A stretch of DNA of 62,493 nucleotides from a virus. Taxonomy: Duplodnaviria > Caudoviricetes. Position numbers and translations under genes: made by a program. The notes below the pieces were generated by a model. The model did not search any database. It was not told the origin of the DNA and was given only the letters and a program-made list of their open reading frames with translations. This document shows, piece after piece, positions 29,517-38,587 of the stretch. The number at the start of each line of letters is the position of its first letter. Position 1 is the stretch's first letter. The stretch is from the IMG/VR virus record IMGVR_UViG_3300044617_002031, positions 1 to 62,493 of that record, one strand, 5' to 3'.

Positions 29517-31192
29517 AAAACTACCACTAACATAGGGACAACAGTTACAGGATGGGGATTATTGTTTCTCAAGGCAATCCCATCCGTTGCAAGAAGGAAC
29601 ACCTTAACCCCAGGAACGGGGTGCAAAAATTCCACTCGATAATTATCAGTTGGAATCAGGGTTTCGCCAGAAGGTGTTGACTGGGCAATAATCATCCCGA
29701 CTTCCAGTAATTCCAGGGTGTTTAGGTAGATCAATTTGTTGACGGGGTTAATCCCTGCAACGCTAACTGTCCGAATATTTCTACCATCAGGCGATCGCAC
29801 ATAAGCACTCCCTTCAATGAAAGAAATGCTTGAGGTTACTCGAATCGCGTTACTTGCTGGGATTAATTCTTCGATGACAACTGGATCTATAGCACGGAAC
29901 GGAAATCGAACTTCTGCATACCCAGGGGCAACCATTCCCGTCACCGAATCTACTTGGGAGGCAGGAATTTTAACTGAATCTGTTACGAATTTTTGAGGAG
30001 CAGAAGTTAGGAGTTCGGGAGGGATAAAAAACTTGGTAAATATATCCCCGACTTCTCGTAGGGCAACTTGACCAACATCAATTAAGCCGTCTTCAAGGTA
30101 GGCATTGGTTGTGGCAATCAAGTTGTAAACCCTGACTCCCTTTGTAGTTAAGAGCATTGGCCCTGGAGCTAACCGATATGTTCCGGTTCCGAGCGATCGC
30201 TTCCAAACTAAAATCCCGTCAATATAAACATTGATTGACTGGGTTTCGGTGGCAATCTGAACAAAACAGGCGAATTTTTGAGGTAAGTCTTGTTCTATTA
30301 CATAACGCTCATTCCCTTTAGTAATGACCAATTGACTTGACTCAAGAGAAATTTTAATATCCCCAGACTGAACAATATTGCCATCACCTCGCCAATTAAC
30401 CAATCGAAAGAAAATCCCAAAACTCCCTAACCCTTCAATTGGAGATTGTTGGTAATAGAGAATTGATTCCGCTACCTTCTTGATCTCGTTATCTTGGTAG
30501 ACAAAGAGGCTTCTGAAATTGCGCTTTTCTAGTTGTAAACCAGTAATGTACACCGTGCAGGAATTCTCTATATACCATTCAAGGTGAATTTCAATAGGTT
30601 GCCCAGTCGATACCAAGTCGGTAGGTAAACTGAATTGAACGTCAACAGGATTATTTTGATTGAGAACCAATTTAGATTCCAGGTTACACGAAGCTAAAAT
30701 AGAGCCATCTGCTAGGGCAACTCGAAAAACGTCATTTGCACCCAACACCCCATCACCCAATCTCAGTAGAGTCCATGCGGTATAGGTTGAGTTATTGTGG
30801 GGGATGCTAATTACCCGCCGAAAGATTTGCCCTTTTTTATTTCCAGATTGTCGCGCACCCACAATAATTGCATCAGCTTCTTGACGTAGTTCTACTGAAC
30901 CCTTGTCAATATTGCTTCTTACAAAGACATTAGACCCTCTAACCCATCCCTCTGTATTTAAGCGATCGCTATTTGGGATTAAGTTTTCAATCTCAGGAGC
31001 AAGCGCAAAACTACCATCAGGGTAAATAGCGGGGTCGTTAGAAGATATGGGAATTAAATCTATTGAGTTGTTGTTGTCGCGCTCAATAAAAATTGGGGTT
31101 GGGCGGATAAATGTTGGGAACAAAGTTCCTGAACCCCGACTATAAAGGTTTCTGAGCGTTCCCTTTATTGCAAAGTTGATTTTGTTGCTCAT
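29513..31192 (-). CDS. Virion structural protein with carbohydrate-binding/LamG-like beta domains
   Basis: ENLIPNS...W...ITGLQLEK motif; INVYIDG. Confidence 0.65.
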   Translation of the reverse strand: MSNKINFAIKGTLRNLYSRGSGTLFPTFIRPTPIFIERDNNNSIDLIPISSNDPAIYPDGSFALAPEIENLIPNSDRLNTEGWVRGSNVFVRSNIDKGSVELRQEADAIIVGARQSGNKKGQIFRRVISIPHNNSTYTAWTLLRLGDGVLGANDVFRVALADGSILASCNLESKLVLNQNNPVDVQFSLPTDLVSTGQPIEIHLEWYIENSCTVYITGLQLEKRNFRSLFVYQDNEIKKVAESILYYQQSPIEGLGSFGIFFRLVNWRGDGNIVQSGDIKISLESSQLVITKGNERYVIEQDLPQKFACFVQIATETQSINVYIDGILVWKRSLGTGTYRLAPGPMLLTTKGVRVYNLIATTNAYLEDGLIDVGQVALREVGDIFTKFFIPPELLTSAPQKFVTDSVKIPASQVDSVTGMVAPGYAEVRFPFRAIDPVVIEELIPASNAIRVTSSISFIEGSAYVRSPDGRNIRTVSVAGINPVNKLIYLNTLELLEVGMIIAQSTPSGETLIPTDNYRVEFLHPVPGVKVFLLATDGIALRNNNPHPVTVVPMLVVVL

Positions 31193-33393
31193 GTTAAGTC
31201 AAAGAGATCGAATGCGGTGGATTTACTAGAATCGCAGGTAGCAATTGCGCCTCCGTGTGCGTTATGGGCGGCAATAAACAAGCGAATTTTATCTTCATGC
31301 TTAATCAGGAATGAAATTACTCCCTGACAAGGAGACTGGTGAGACAGGTGAGGAATACGCCAACCCAAGGGTTTATCGTTCACCATCACGGTTCCACGAA
31401 TAGAGCGATCGCTAAAGAAGTGATGTTCTACCCCAATAAATAGACTAAGTTTCTGTCCAACCATAGGTTGCACCATCATGGAAGCAGGGGAAACAGGGAC
31501 ACGCAACGCAGTAATAGGGCCTGGGTAGGGTTCATTAATTAAATGAATTGGCCCCTTTAGTTCCCAAGAAGGGATTTGAAACCGTCCGCCCAATGATGGC
31601 AGGTATTTGGCAATAGGAGAAAAACGTAATGATTCTTCCCCACGAAAAACTAGATTCCCACCCCCTTGTGTGTGAATAAAAAATATTGGGTCTGAGATGA
31701 TTTCGGCATCTGTGATCAAGTCCGCTTCACCCGTTCCTAAATATCTTGGGTAATTCAAAAGGAATTGCCAGTATTCTTCGGGAATTGGGGGGTGGTAACA
31801 AAGGGTTCGGTAACTGGTGTTGGGGCGTAACCCTGTAACTACAGGAGCATTGATTCGACCAGAAACACCCTCAATAAAAGCAAATACCCCGTTAGATTCG
31901 GTGGGGACTGCTAAAATCCCTTCAGAAGATGAAGTTAGGATAATTTCTTGGTAAATATAAAGAACCCCTGAGCGTTCCCGTGCTGTAATTACGATAAACG
32001 GAATATTGCCAGCAGGTGATTCATATTGTTGAATGTCATTCTGTCCCCCTTCCCGAATATTTACCTTGGGAAGTTCTTGACCACGAATGAAAATCTTCTC
32101 ACAGGATCTAAAAGGAATCTTGAATCCAGATCCACCGGGATAAACAATTGACGGTTGCAAGTAACATTCGTCGCCTGGTTTAATTGTTGAGCCTTCGGAA
32201 CCAACCCAAGCAATCACACTTCCCTGTAATCGAGTGAAACGACCTAAGTTAGTTTGGTTTTGACCTTTTAGATCAAAAATCCTGTGACCTCCTTCTGAGA
32301 ATTGGGTTCCAAATGGGAGGTTGGGGCGCAAGGTCAGGCTAACTAGAGGCCGATCGCCTTCTGTATTTTCGGCTCTAACTTTAAAAGCGGAAAAGGTATC
32401 TGCAATTTCCTGGTCAAAGAAAATCATCCGTTGACCGTTGGCAACCATGTTACTGTCATTGGTTGCGATCGCGGCTTCACCAGGCATTGCCGGATTAATT
32501 GAAAAACTTCCCAGTCCCAAATTCAGGGCTGCTTTTTTGTAGGCTTGATCAAAACCCGTAAAAATATCAATTAATTTCTTCCAAACAACCACATCTAAAT
32601 CATCTTTGGTTAGACTGCCTTGAAGGATTAAATCAACGATATCAACGCCTGTATCAATTATCCCTCCGCTATTTGAGTTAAGAGTTCGTCTAATCTTACA
32701 AATAGGGAGGGGATCGGTATATTCGGGATAAATTATATAAGACTTACCCTGCTTCCAATTAATGTCCATCGGCCAAAGATGGTATGACCCCAATGGGAAT
32801 CCATCAATACCTAATTTTGTAATTGTGATCCGATACTGTTCAGTGGTTGCAGGAATAGAAAAAATCGCATTAACATCTTCTTTTGTTAATGTCTCCGGTG
32901 TCAAAATCGCAAAAACGTAACTTCTCAGCCGACGAGAGTTTTCCCCCGTCATTTGTTTAATCTCAATTTCTTGAGTTGTTTCGTTGCGCTCCCTGTATTG
33001 AAAGGATAGTTGCCCCAATACCGGATCTTGTTCAGCACCGACCTCTACACCAACACCGATCAGGTACAAATAATCTTCCCGATCAATACTGCTACTTGAG
33101 CTTCCTTTTAGTAAAGGGATATTGACCTGAAAATCAAGCTGTAGATTATTAACGGGGAAAACAGGCAAGTAAGCCTGACCCCGAACGTCAAAAATATTGG
33201 TATCAGCTTGGCGAATTACTTCAGGGGGTTTCACCCAGGCGGGTTCCCCTCTGGAGATATAGGTGTAATAGGCGCTCGATTCCGTCTGGAGTCGTTGTTC
33301 TTCAGCCAACACAACGCTAATCTTTTCTGCGCCGTCAGGCGTTTGAGGTAAAACACCAAGATCGTTCATTGTTCGTTGCAAAGGATCTGTCAT
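31189..33393 (-). CDS. Baseplate/tail structural protein
   Basis: 734 aa, beta-rich; REDYLYL...DPVLG...ENSRRLR; tail operon context. Confidence 0.6.
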   Translation of the reverse strand: MTDPLQRTMNDLGVLPQTPDGAEKISVVLAEEQRLQTESSAYYTYISRGEPAWVKPPEVIRQADTNIFDVRGQAYLPVFPVNNLQLDFQVNIPLLKGSSSSSIDREDYLYLIGVGVEVGAEQDPVLGQLSFQYRERNETTQEIEIKQMTGENSRRLRSYVFAILTPETLTKEDVNAIFSIPATTEQYRITITKLGIDGFPLGSYHLWPMDINWKQGKSYIIYPEYTDPLPICKIRRTLNSNSGGIIDTGVDIVDLILQGSLTKDDLDVVVWKKLIDIFTGFDQAYKKAALNLGLGSFSINPAMPGEAAIATNDSNMVANGQRMIFFDQEIADTFSAFKVRAENTEGDRPLVSLTLRPNLPFGTQFSEGGHRIFDLKGQNQTNLGRFTRLQGSVIAWVGSEGSTIKPGDECYLQPSIVYPGGSGFKIPFRSCEKIFIRGQELPKVNIREGGQNDIQQYESPAGNIPFIVITARERSGVLYIYQEIILTSSSEGILAVPTESNGVFAFIEGVSGRINAPVVTGLRPNTSYRTLCYHPPIPEEYWQFLLNYPRYLGTGEADLITDAEIISDPIFFIHTQGGGNLVFRGEESLRFSPIAKYLPSLGGRFQIPSWELKGPIHLINEPYPGPITALRVPVSPASMMVQPMVGQKLSLFIGVEHHFFSDRSIRGTVMVNDKPLGWRIPHLSHQSPCQGVISFLIKHEDKIRLFIAAHNAHGGAIATCDSSKSTAFDLFDLT

Positions 33394-33408
33394 TTTTCTT
33401 TACAAAAA

Positions 33409-33451
33409 TAAACGGGACACAACACCCGTAGGTATTGCGTCCCGTTTTAGG
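33409..33451 (-). terminator. Hairpin starting CCTAAAACGGG
   Basis: aaacgggac.caa...ttg.gtcccgtttt; 11-mer shared with 44368-44378 and 45628-45638. Confidence 0.7.
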
Positions 33452-33483
33452 AATATTGTCTTTATACTATCACAGAGAATTTG

Positions 33484-33735
33484 TTAATCATCGCCATCTC
33501 CATCGTCATCATCTTCTTCTTTGGTGAAGTCACTTAATTTTAAACCGTTTAGACAATGATCAACTTCATTAATGGCGATAATTAAACAAACTTTTTGTGA
33601 ATCTTCACAAGTATCACCTTTATATGGAAGTGTACTTGTCATGGCCAGCATTTTATCTACCAATACCACCATTTGTTTTTTGTATTTTTCCATTTGTCTT
33701 GTGTATTTTTCTTGCTGTCTTTTTGTAAGTTTCAT
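33484..33735 (-). CDS. Small protein with acidic tail
   Basis: 83 aa ending EEDDDDGDGDD; has its own GTTGAG-type promoter. Confidence 0.75.
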   Translation of the reverse strand: MKLTKRQQEKYTRQMEKYKKQMVVLVDKMLAMTSTLPYKGDTCEDSQKVCLIIAINEVDHCLNGLKLSDFTKEEDDDDGDGDD

Positions 33736-33750
33736 TTTTGTTTTTAATTA

Positions 33751-33791
33751 CTCAACATTGATATTTAACCACTTTTAAACAATAAAGTCAA
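33751..33791 (-). promoter_or_regulatory. Sigma70-type promoter with GTTGAG at predicted +1
   Basis: TTGACT-17-TTAAAT-6-GTTGAG; the -10 is imperfect. Confidence 0.65.
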
Positions 33792-34111
33792 TCATTACTC
33801 CAAACTACACCAATATCTCTAGCCTTAACCCCTCTATCTTTTAGTCGCTCCCAAGTTCCTGCGTACCAAATAATAGGGTTGCCTAGGATAGAATTAGGAC
33901 GAAAAATACTATTCAAATAGTCATCCATCGCCGTCAAAGGAATACGGTGCTTGACACACAATTTTCCAAAATCATAAGCTGTAAAAAGCCCTGTTGTTTT
34001 CTTAACTTCTAGCACATCTTCCTTGATTACGTCTTTGAGTTCTTCATAGAGTTGTTTATATTTAACAACGTAGGCTTTTCCTCTTAATCCATATAATTGA
34101 TGTTGTGGCAT
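33788..34111 (-). CDS. Hypothetical protein
   Basis: 107-aa ORF with protein-like composition. Confidence 0.7.
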   Translation of the reverse strand: MPQHQLYGLRGKAYVVKYKQLYEELKDVIKEDVLEVKKTTGLFTAYDFGKLCVKHRIPLTAMDDYLNSIFRPNSILGNPIIWYAGTWERLKDRGVKARDIGVVWSND

Positions 34112-34221
34112 AAGATTATTTGCGATCGCTTTAAATTAAATAATACCACCAAAAAAGCACCCTGTAAAAAACAAGATGCTCAAAATCGCGTCAAGTTCAA
34201 AAAACAGTAGGTTCTGTAAGT

Positions 34222-35028
34222 TTACCCATTCAGTATATCAAAAATTGTTGGTTGTATCTGAGTATTTGGAGATATCCACAATATCTCGATAGAATTTGCC
34301 CCACCATTTTTCTTTGTAGCTACCTGTTTCTTTGTCCATCCTTTATATAATTCATTGTATAAAGGGTGTTCATATCCCGAAACAATGACCATGCCCTTGA
34401 TCGAGTTTAGATATTCTGCCAATTCAATATGATCTTCTTTTTTTAATTCAAAAGCATATAGAGTGTTTGAAGTTCGGGTTTCGTTAAGGTACGGGGGATC
34501 GACATAGAACAGTGTTTCTTTAGTATCAACTCGCTTGATTAATTCCAAAGCAGGGCGGTTCTCGATTTGGACTTGTTTTAATCGTTGCGCGATCGCATAC
34601 AAATGACTAATACTATTCCAATCCTGAGCAAAGGATTGAGAGCGATTACTTTTGAAAGAATTTCGCCAACCACTTAATCGGGATGGGTTGTGAGATTGCC
34701 AGGAACGAACGTAAAAGCGTCGAGCTTTTTCTAGTGGATCAATAGTTGGTTTGTAGGATAGTTCATATTCTTCCCGGCTGTATGGAGTTAGGTCTATTTT
34801 TTGGATTAGTTCAGATTCGTTTTCTCGCAAAACCCGAAAAAAGTTTACAACATCGGAATCCAGGTCATTGTAAAATTCGTGGGGAGACAAAGGTTTCTGT
34901 AACAGAACCGACGCTGCACCTCCAAATGGTTCGACGTAGCAGATGTGGTGTGGGAAGAAGCTAACAATCCAATTGGCTAGATTCCATTTGCCGCCGTAGT
35001 ATTTTAGTGCTGGGCGAGATACTTGCAT
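34222..35028 (-). CDS. D12-class N6-adenine DNA methyltransferase (Dam-like), orphan
   Basis: LKYYGGKW, YVEPFGG, YNDLD, YVDPPY; start set at MQVSRP with GGAG RBS. Confidence 0.93.
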   Translation of the reverse strand: MQVSRPALKYYGGKWNLANWIVSFFPHHICYVEPFGGAASVLLQKPLSPHEFYNDLDSDVVNFFRVLRENESELIQKIDLTPYSREEYELSYKPTIDPLEKARRFYVRSWQSHNPSRLSGWRNSFKSNRSQSFAQDWNSISHLYAIAQRLKQVQIENRPALELIKRVDTKETLFYVDPPYLNETRTSNTLYAFELKKEDHIELAEYLNSIKGMVIVSGYEHPLYNELYKGWTKKQVATKKNGGANSIEILWISPNTQIQPTIFDILNG

Positions 35029-35168
35029 TATATTTCTCCATCCGCTAAGATGAAGGAGTTGTTGGACAGCGTACATTGTTTTAGTTTGCTGATATCTCTC
35101 AACTCCTTCTTGTTTATTACTAATTGACGCGATCGCTATCTTCAAAAAAAAAGCGATCGCGTTTTTTG

Positions 35169-35330
35169 TTATGCCAAATAAATTGAGATTACCAACAAGA
35201 ATGACAAGCTGACGATAACCACAGGAGGCATTATGCTTGACAGGTAAGTTAGCAAGAGCAATGGACAAAAGAGTAGGAATCCAGACACAAATTGTCGGAA
35301 TTGCCGAGAAGCACCGTATTTCAGTTTCAT
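35169..35330 (-). CDS. Small 2-TM membrane protein
   Basis: MKLKYGASRQ... 53 aa, starting 4 bp after the upstream stop. Confidence 0.5.
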   Translation of the reverse strand: MKLKYGASRQFRQFVSGFLLFCPLLLLTYLSSIMPPVVIVSLSFLLVISIYLA

Positions 35331-35334
35331 AATT

Positions 35335-36381
35335 TTATGCTGCGAGGGATGAATTAAAGTTTTCGCTTTCGTAGACAGAACGTTGAGCATCAATCATTGT
35401 GATGATTTCCGATGACATACTGGGATCGTCATTCTCAAACATTTGGTTGATCTTTGATGCGATTTCCAGGTAATTTTCCCCCATCACCCCTTCAATAATT
35501 TCAAGGGATCTTAGAGTCTCTTTAATTTCCCCAACATCTTTCAGTATTTTTTTGCTTACCGAATGGAAGCTATTTTTTTCTTGAATTGTTTGCAAGTGAA
35601 TGTATATATTTTTGATGGCATTGTTTCTGATCTCCGAGATTTTCTCTAGGATTCCATCTTTCACTTGTTCAACTTGTCCGGCGACATCCCAATACTTATT
35701 GATTTGGGCGATCTTTACCTTTTCCAGTTGAGCCTCACGAATGACTGTTTTCAACCGAAAATCAAATGCTGCTGCATCGTGGATACTGGGCATTTGATAA
35801 GGCCCATCCATGACGGGGCCGAAACACTTCTCGATGTTTTGAAGTGATGGAAACTGTTTCTCGTATTGGCGCAGTTTTTGATCTGAAACTATAGATTTTT
35901 GTGACAAGATATCGTGAATATCTCTCAAGTATTCTTGTAGTCGTTTTTGATAGATTCCTTTGATTCGGTTTAATTCCCGTTGAGCCGTACCAACAACTTT
36001 TTCCTTGTATTCCGCCAGAAATACTTCTAAATTACTTCCTGGGATGACATTGGTATATACCCCGAAGTTAATTGCGTATTTGGTATATAAAGCCTCTTTT
36101 TGGGTGACAACTCTATTATATGAAATTTTTAAATCTCCAAAGACTTGCGCTTCTGGAGATTTGCGTTTTGGAAACTTTTCATTCCAAAGTTTTATACTTT
36201 TTTTGTCGAGAATATCTTCCAATTTGATAGTAACATCGGAACTTCCTCCCATCCGAATAGTAATCCGACAAGAGTAGAGCGTACTATCAAGGATCTTGAG
36301 GTCTTTGATTAATTTATTGGTTAATTCTTTCATAACTTGGTGATTTGGTAGTTGTGTTTTCTTGGTCGATTTTTTGCCCAT
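35335..36381 (-). CDS. DUF3150-like helical protein
   Basis: Pattern resembles DUF3150 from memory (...AINFG...IP...FL..Y...FPS...F); promoter TTGACA-17-TATTAT at 36403-36431. Confidence 0.5.
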   Translation of the reverse strand: MGKKSTKKTQLPNHQVMKELTNKLIKDLKILDSTLYSCRITIRMGGSSDVTIKLEDILDKKSIKLWNEKFPKRKSPEAQVFGDLKISYNRVVTQKEALYTKYAINFGVYTNVIPGSNLEVFLAEYKEKVVGTAQRELNRIKGIYQKRLQEYLRDIHDILSQKSIVSDQKLRQYEKQFPSLQNIEKCFGPVMDGPYQMPSIHDAAAFDFRLKTVIREAQLEKVKIAQINKYWDVAGQVEQVKDGILEKISEIRNNAIKNIYIHLQTIQEKNSFHSVSKKILKDVGEIKETLRSLEIIEGVMGENYLEIASKINQMFENDDPSMSSEIITMIDAQRSVYESENFNSSLAA

Positions 36382-36440
36382 GACAGCCAACCAATGAAAC
36401 CTATAATAAATCTCAGGAAAACAATTGTCAAGTATTTCGC

Positions 36441-36454
36441 TCCGTACCTACGGA
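36441..36454. promoter_or_regulatory. Palindrome TCCGTA-CC-TACGGA, copy 2
   Basis: 9 bp upstream of the -35 box of 35335-36381. Confidence 0.6.
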
Positions 36455-36461
36455 AGATTTT

Positions 36462-38396
36462 TTACAGGAAACTCAAGGGGATGATAGCGCGAACCCCGAA
36501 ATGACTGAATAATGGGACTTCCAAGGACTTAGCGTAACTGTCCTGAACAAATAATCGACTTTGGTTTTGTAACGAAATCGCAACAATCTTGGTATCGACA
36601 GGGAAACGGGAGACAAATTCAATCAGAAGGTATGGGTGCTTTTTGGATATCCGAGTTGAACGGGATGCCGATTTCCATTCAGGGGAAGATAAAGCCATGA
36701 TAGTCGTAGGGGGAAGTTTGACAATTCCCATACTGGAATAGATTAGAAGTTCCCAGTTTTGGCTATCTGCGATCGCATTCAATTCAGGATACTGCTTAAA
36801 CAGAGGAGGTTGACCAACTTCGACAACTTGCCTTTTTGTGACCGTGCGGGTACTGAATCGGTGTTGTAGATTGCAAAGCTGAACCTGCTTAACGGATTCA
36901 GATGAATTGGTTAATTTTCGTGAGAACAGGGCGAAGTATTGGGATGGGTAGCGAGAACCGTAAAATGGGTCTATTTTTTTTGTGTAAGGAATTTTGGTTG
37001 TGGGGTTGTTGATGCTAGGAGGGGGAGAAATAACGGGATAAGGAGATCCCCAGGAATTGTCTACAAAAGAAAACACAGGCTGTGAGACAAGATCCGCCGA
37101 GACATCCTCAACAACCTGTGAATTGACACCATAAGAGATTACATCAGCTATTGATTCTATCGTGTTTTGAGATTTTTGATAAAAGTCAAGTAATATTCCT
37201 GGTTGGCAAACGCCTGTTTGTGTAATTCTAATTTCTTTAGATAACAAAATCCCTGCCCCGTAGTATCTGTAACTAGGAGCAGGGCTATTTGTAGGAGAAA
37301 TGATCCACCCATGACTTGAACCGTATTCTACACCAAAAGAAGTAGTTGGCAATATTTTTTTTTCTTTTCTGATAAAACCTAGATCGGAAGCAGACCCATA
37401 CAAATCTCCATAATGGCAAAACAGGTCGGGATACATTGCCCAATTCTTTTTCTCTACAACGATCTCCTCTTTAATTGTTTTTGTTGTTCGGACGGGGTAG
37501 ACATCTCCATAATGGTGTCCATCCAGGTCGTAAATAGTCTTATAGGTTGGTTTCTGATCAGGAGCAGGAATTAAGTTGAATCCATCATTATTTAGTGGAA
37601 CCCACCCTACAACCGTAGGAATTACGCCGACTTCCCAAATTTCTTGATTTAATTCCATGACTTCGGGGAAGATACGATGCCATTCTTCTTCTGTTAAGTC
37701 ATGGAAGTGCATCCAGGGTCTTAAAACCCCCATTCGAGATAAGTCTCCTCGAATGGGGGGATCGGGTTGCGAATCGTAGGCTAAGTTGCGATCGCAATAT
37801 TTACTCCCATAAAAGCGATCGCTCAATGGAAGCAAGGTTTTCTGACGAGAGGGAAATCCCTGAAGACTAGGATAATCCCCAAATCCTACTTTTTGGATTT
37901 GAGTGAAGGGTTGAGTTCTATAGGAGTCATAGCGATCGCCGTAACCAATCCATCCAGGGAATTGTTCTCGAATTAAACGCCCAATAGGATATTTAATTTC
38001 AAAATATTGGCGATCGTAAGCCTTGTCAAATAGCAACCAAAGTAAAACCGCTTCCCTAACTCCAGTTTCAGTTCCTTTGAATTGCCAGTATTTCCAAACC
38101 CGTTTAATGATTTGACGCTTCGCCCACACAGGCCAATCAGGATTAATCCCAATTCCTAGATAGTGTCTCCCAACGATCCCTAAGCCAACAAATTGTCCCA
38201 GCCAATCTAAATTAGGAATTGCGATCGGGCTGTCTACGTCGAAGTAGCGCGATCGGGTGGCAACGGTGTTATGCAGTTCATCTAAGGGGGGTTGAACTCC
38301 AATATCACAGAAATGTTGCAGCAAACCAATTTCATCTGCCAAACGTGAATAGATTGGCAAATTATCGTAGAATCGGCGGAACAATTGTTGGGTCAT
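36462..38396 (-). CDS. Baseplate wedge protein (P2 gpI-like N-terminus)
   Basis: LP.Y...LDWLGQFVGL...WP...KRQII...KGTETGVREAV. Confidence 0.8.
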   Translation of the reverse strand: MTQQLFRRFYDNLPIYSRLADEIGLLQHFCDIGVQPPLDELHNTVATRSRYFDVDSPIAIPNLDWLGQFVGLGIVGRHYLGIGINPDWPVWAKRQIIKRVWKYWQFKGTETGVREAVLLWLLFDKAYDRQYFEIKYPIGRLIREQFPGWIGYGDRYDSYRTQPFTQIQKVGFGDYPSLQGFPSRQKTLLPLSDRFYGSKYCDRNLAYDSQPDPPIRGDLSRMGVLRPWMHFHDLTEEEWHRIFPEVMELNQEIWEVGVIPTVVGWVPLNNDGFNLIPAPDQKPTYKTIYDLDGHHYGDVYPVRTTKTIKEEIVVEKKNWAMYPDLFCHYGDLYGSASDLGFIRKEKKILPTTSFGVEYGSSHGWIISPTNSPAPSYRYYGAGILLSKEIRITQTGVCQPGILLDFYQKSQNTIESIADVISYGVNSQVVEDVSADLVSQPVFSFVDNSWGSPYPVISPPPSINNPTTKIPYTKKIDPFYGSRYPSQYFALFSRKLTNSSESVKQVQLCNLQHRFSTRTVTKRQVVEVGQPPLFKQYPELNAIADSQNWELLIYSSMGIVKLPPTTIMALSSPEWKSASRSTRISKKHPYLLIEFVSRFPVDTKIVAISLQNQSRLFVQDSYAKSLEVPLFSHFGVRAIIPLSFL

Positions 38397-38398
38397 TC

Positions 38399-38587
38399 TC
38401 AGGGTTTAGTTTCTTCTGGATTTTCGGTTATTTTTTGTTTTTGACTTTGCTTGTCAATTTGAGATCGATCTTTGAAGATTAATTTCCCAGAAGCATCCCT
38501 GTAAAATGCAAGATCTTCTTCTTGAGACAAACTACCATCTTCATTAAAAAATGCAGGGCTGTCACCGCGATCCGAAATACTACTCAT
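38399..38587 (-). CDS. 62-aa protein coupled to the ART gene (immunity/partner candidate)
   Basis: ATGA overlap with the stop of 38584-40650. Confidence 0.55.
   Translation of the reverse strand: MSSISDRGDSPAFFNEDGSLSQEEDLAFYRDASGKLIFKDRSQIDKQSQKQKITENPEETKP

Noticed and set aside
35029-35268. 80-aa N-terminal extension of the methyltransferase
   Set aside because: The family motif begins right after MQVSRP, which has an RBS. The extension crosses a HIP1 hairpin and overlaps another ORF.
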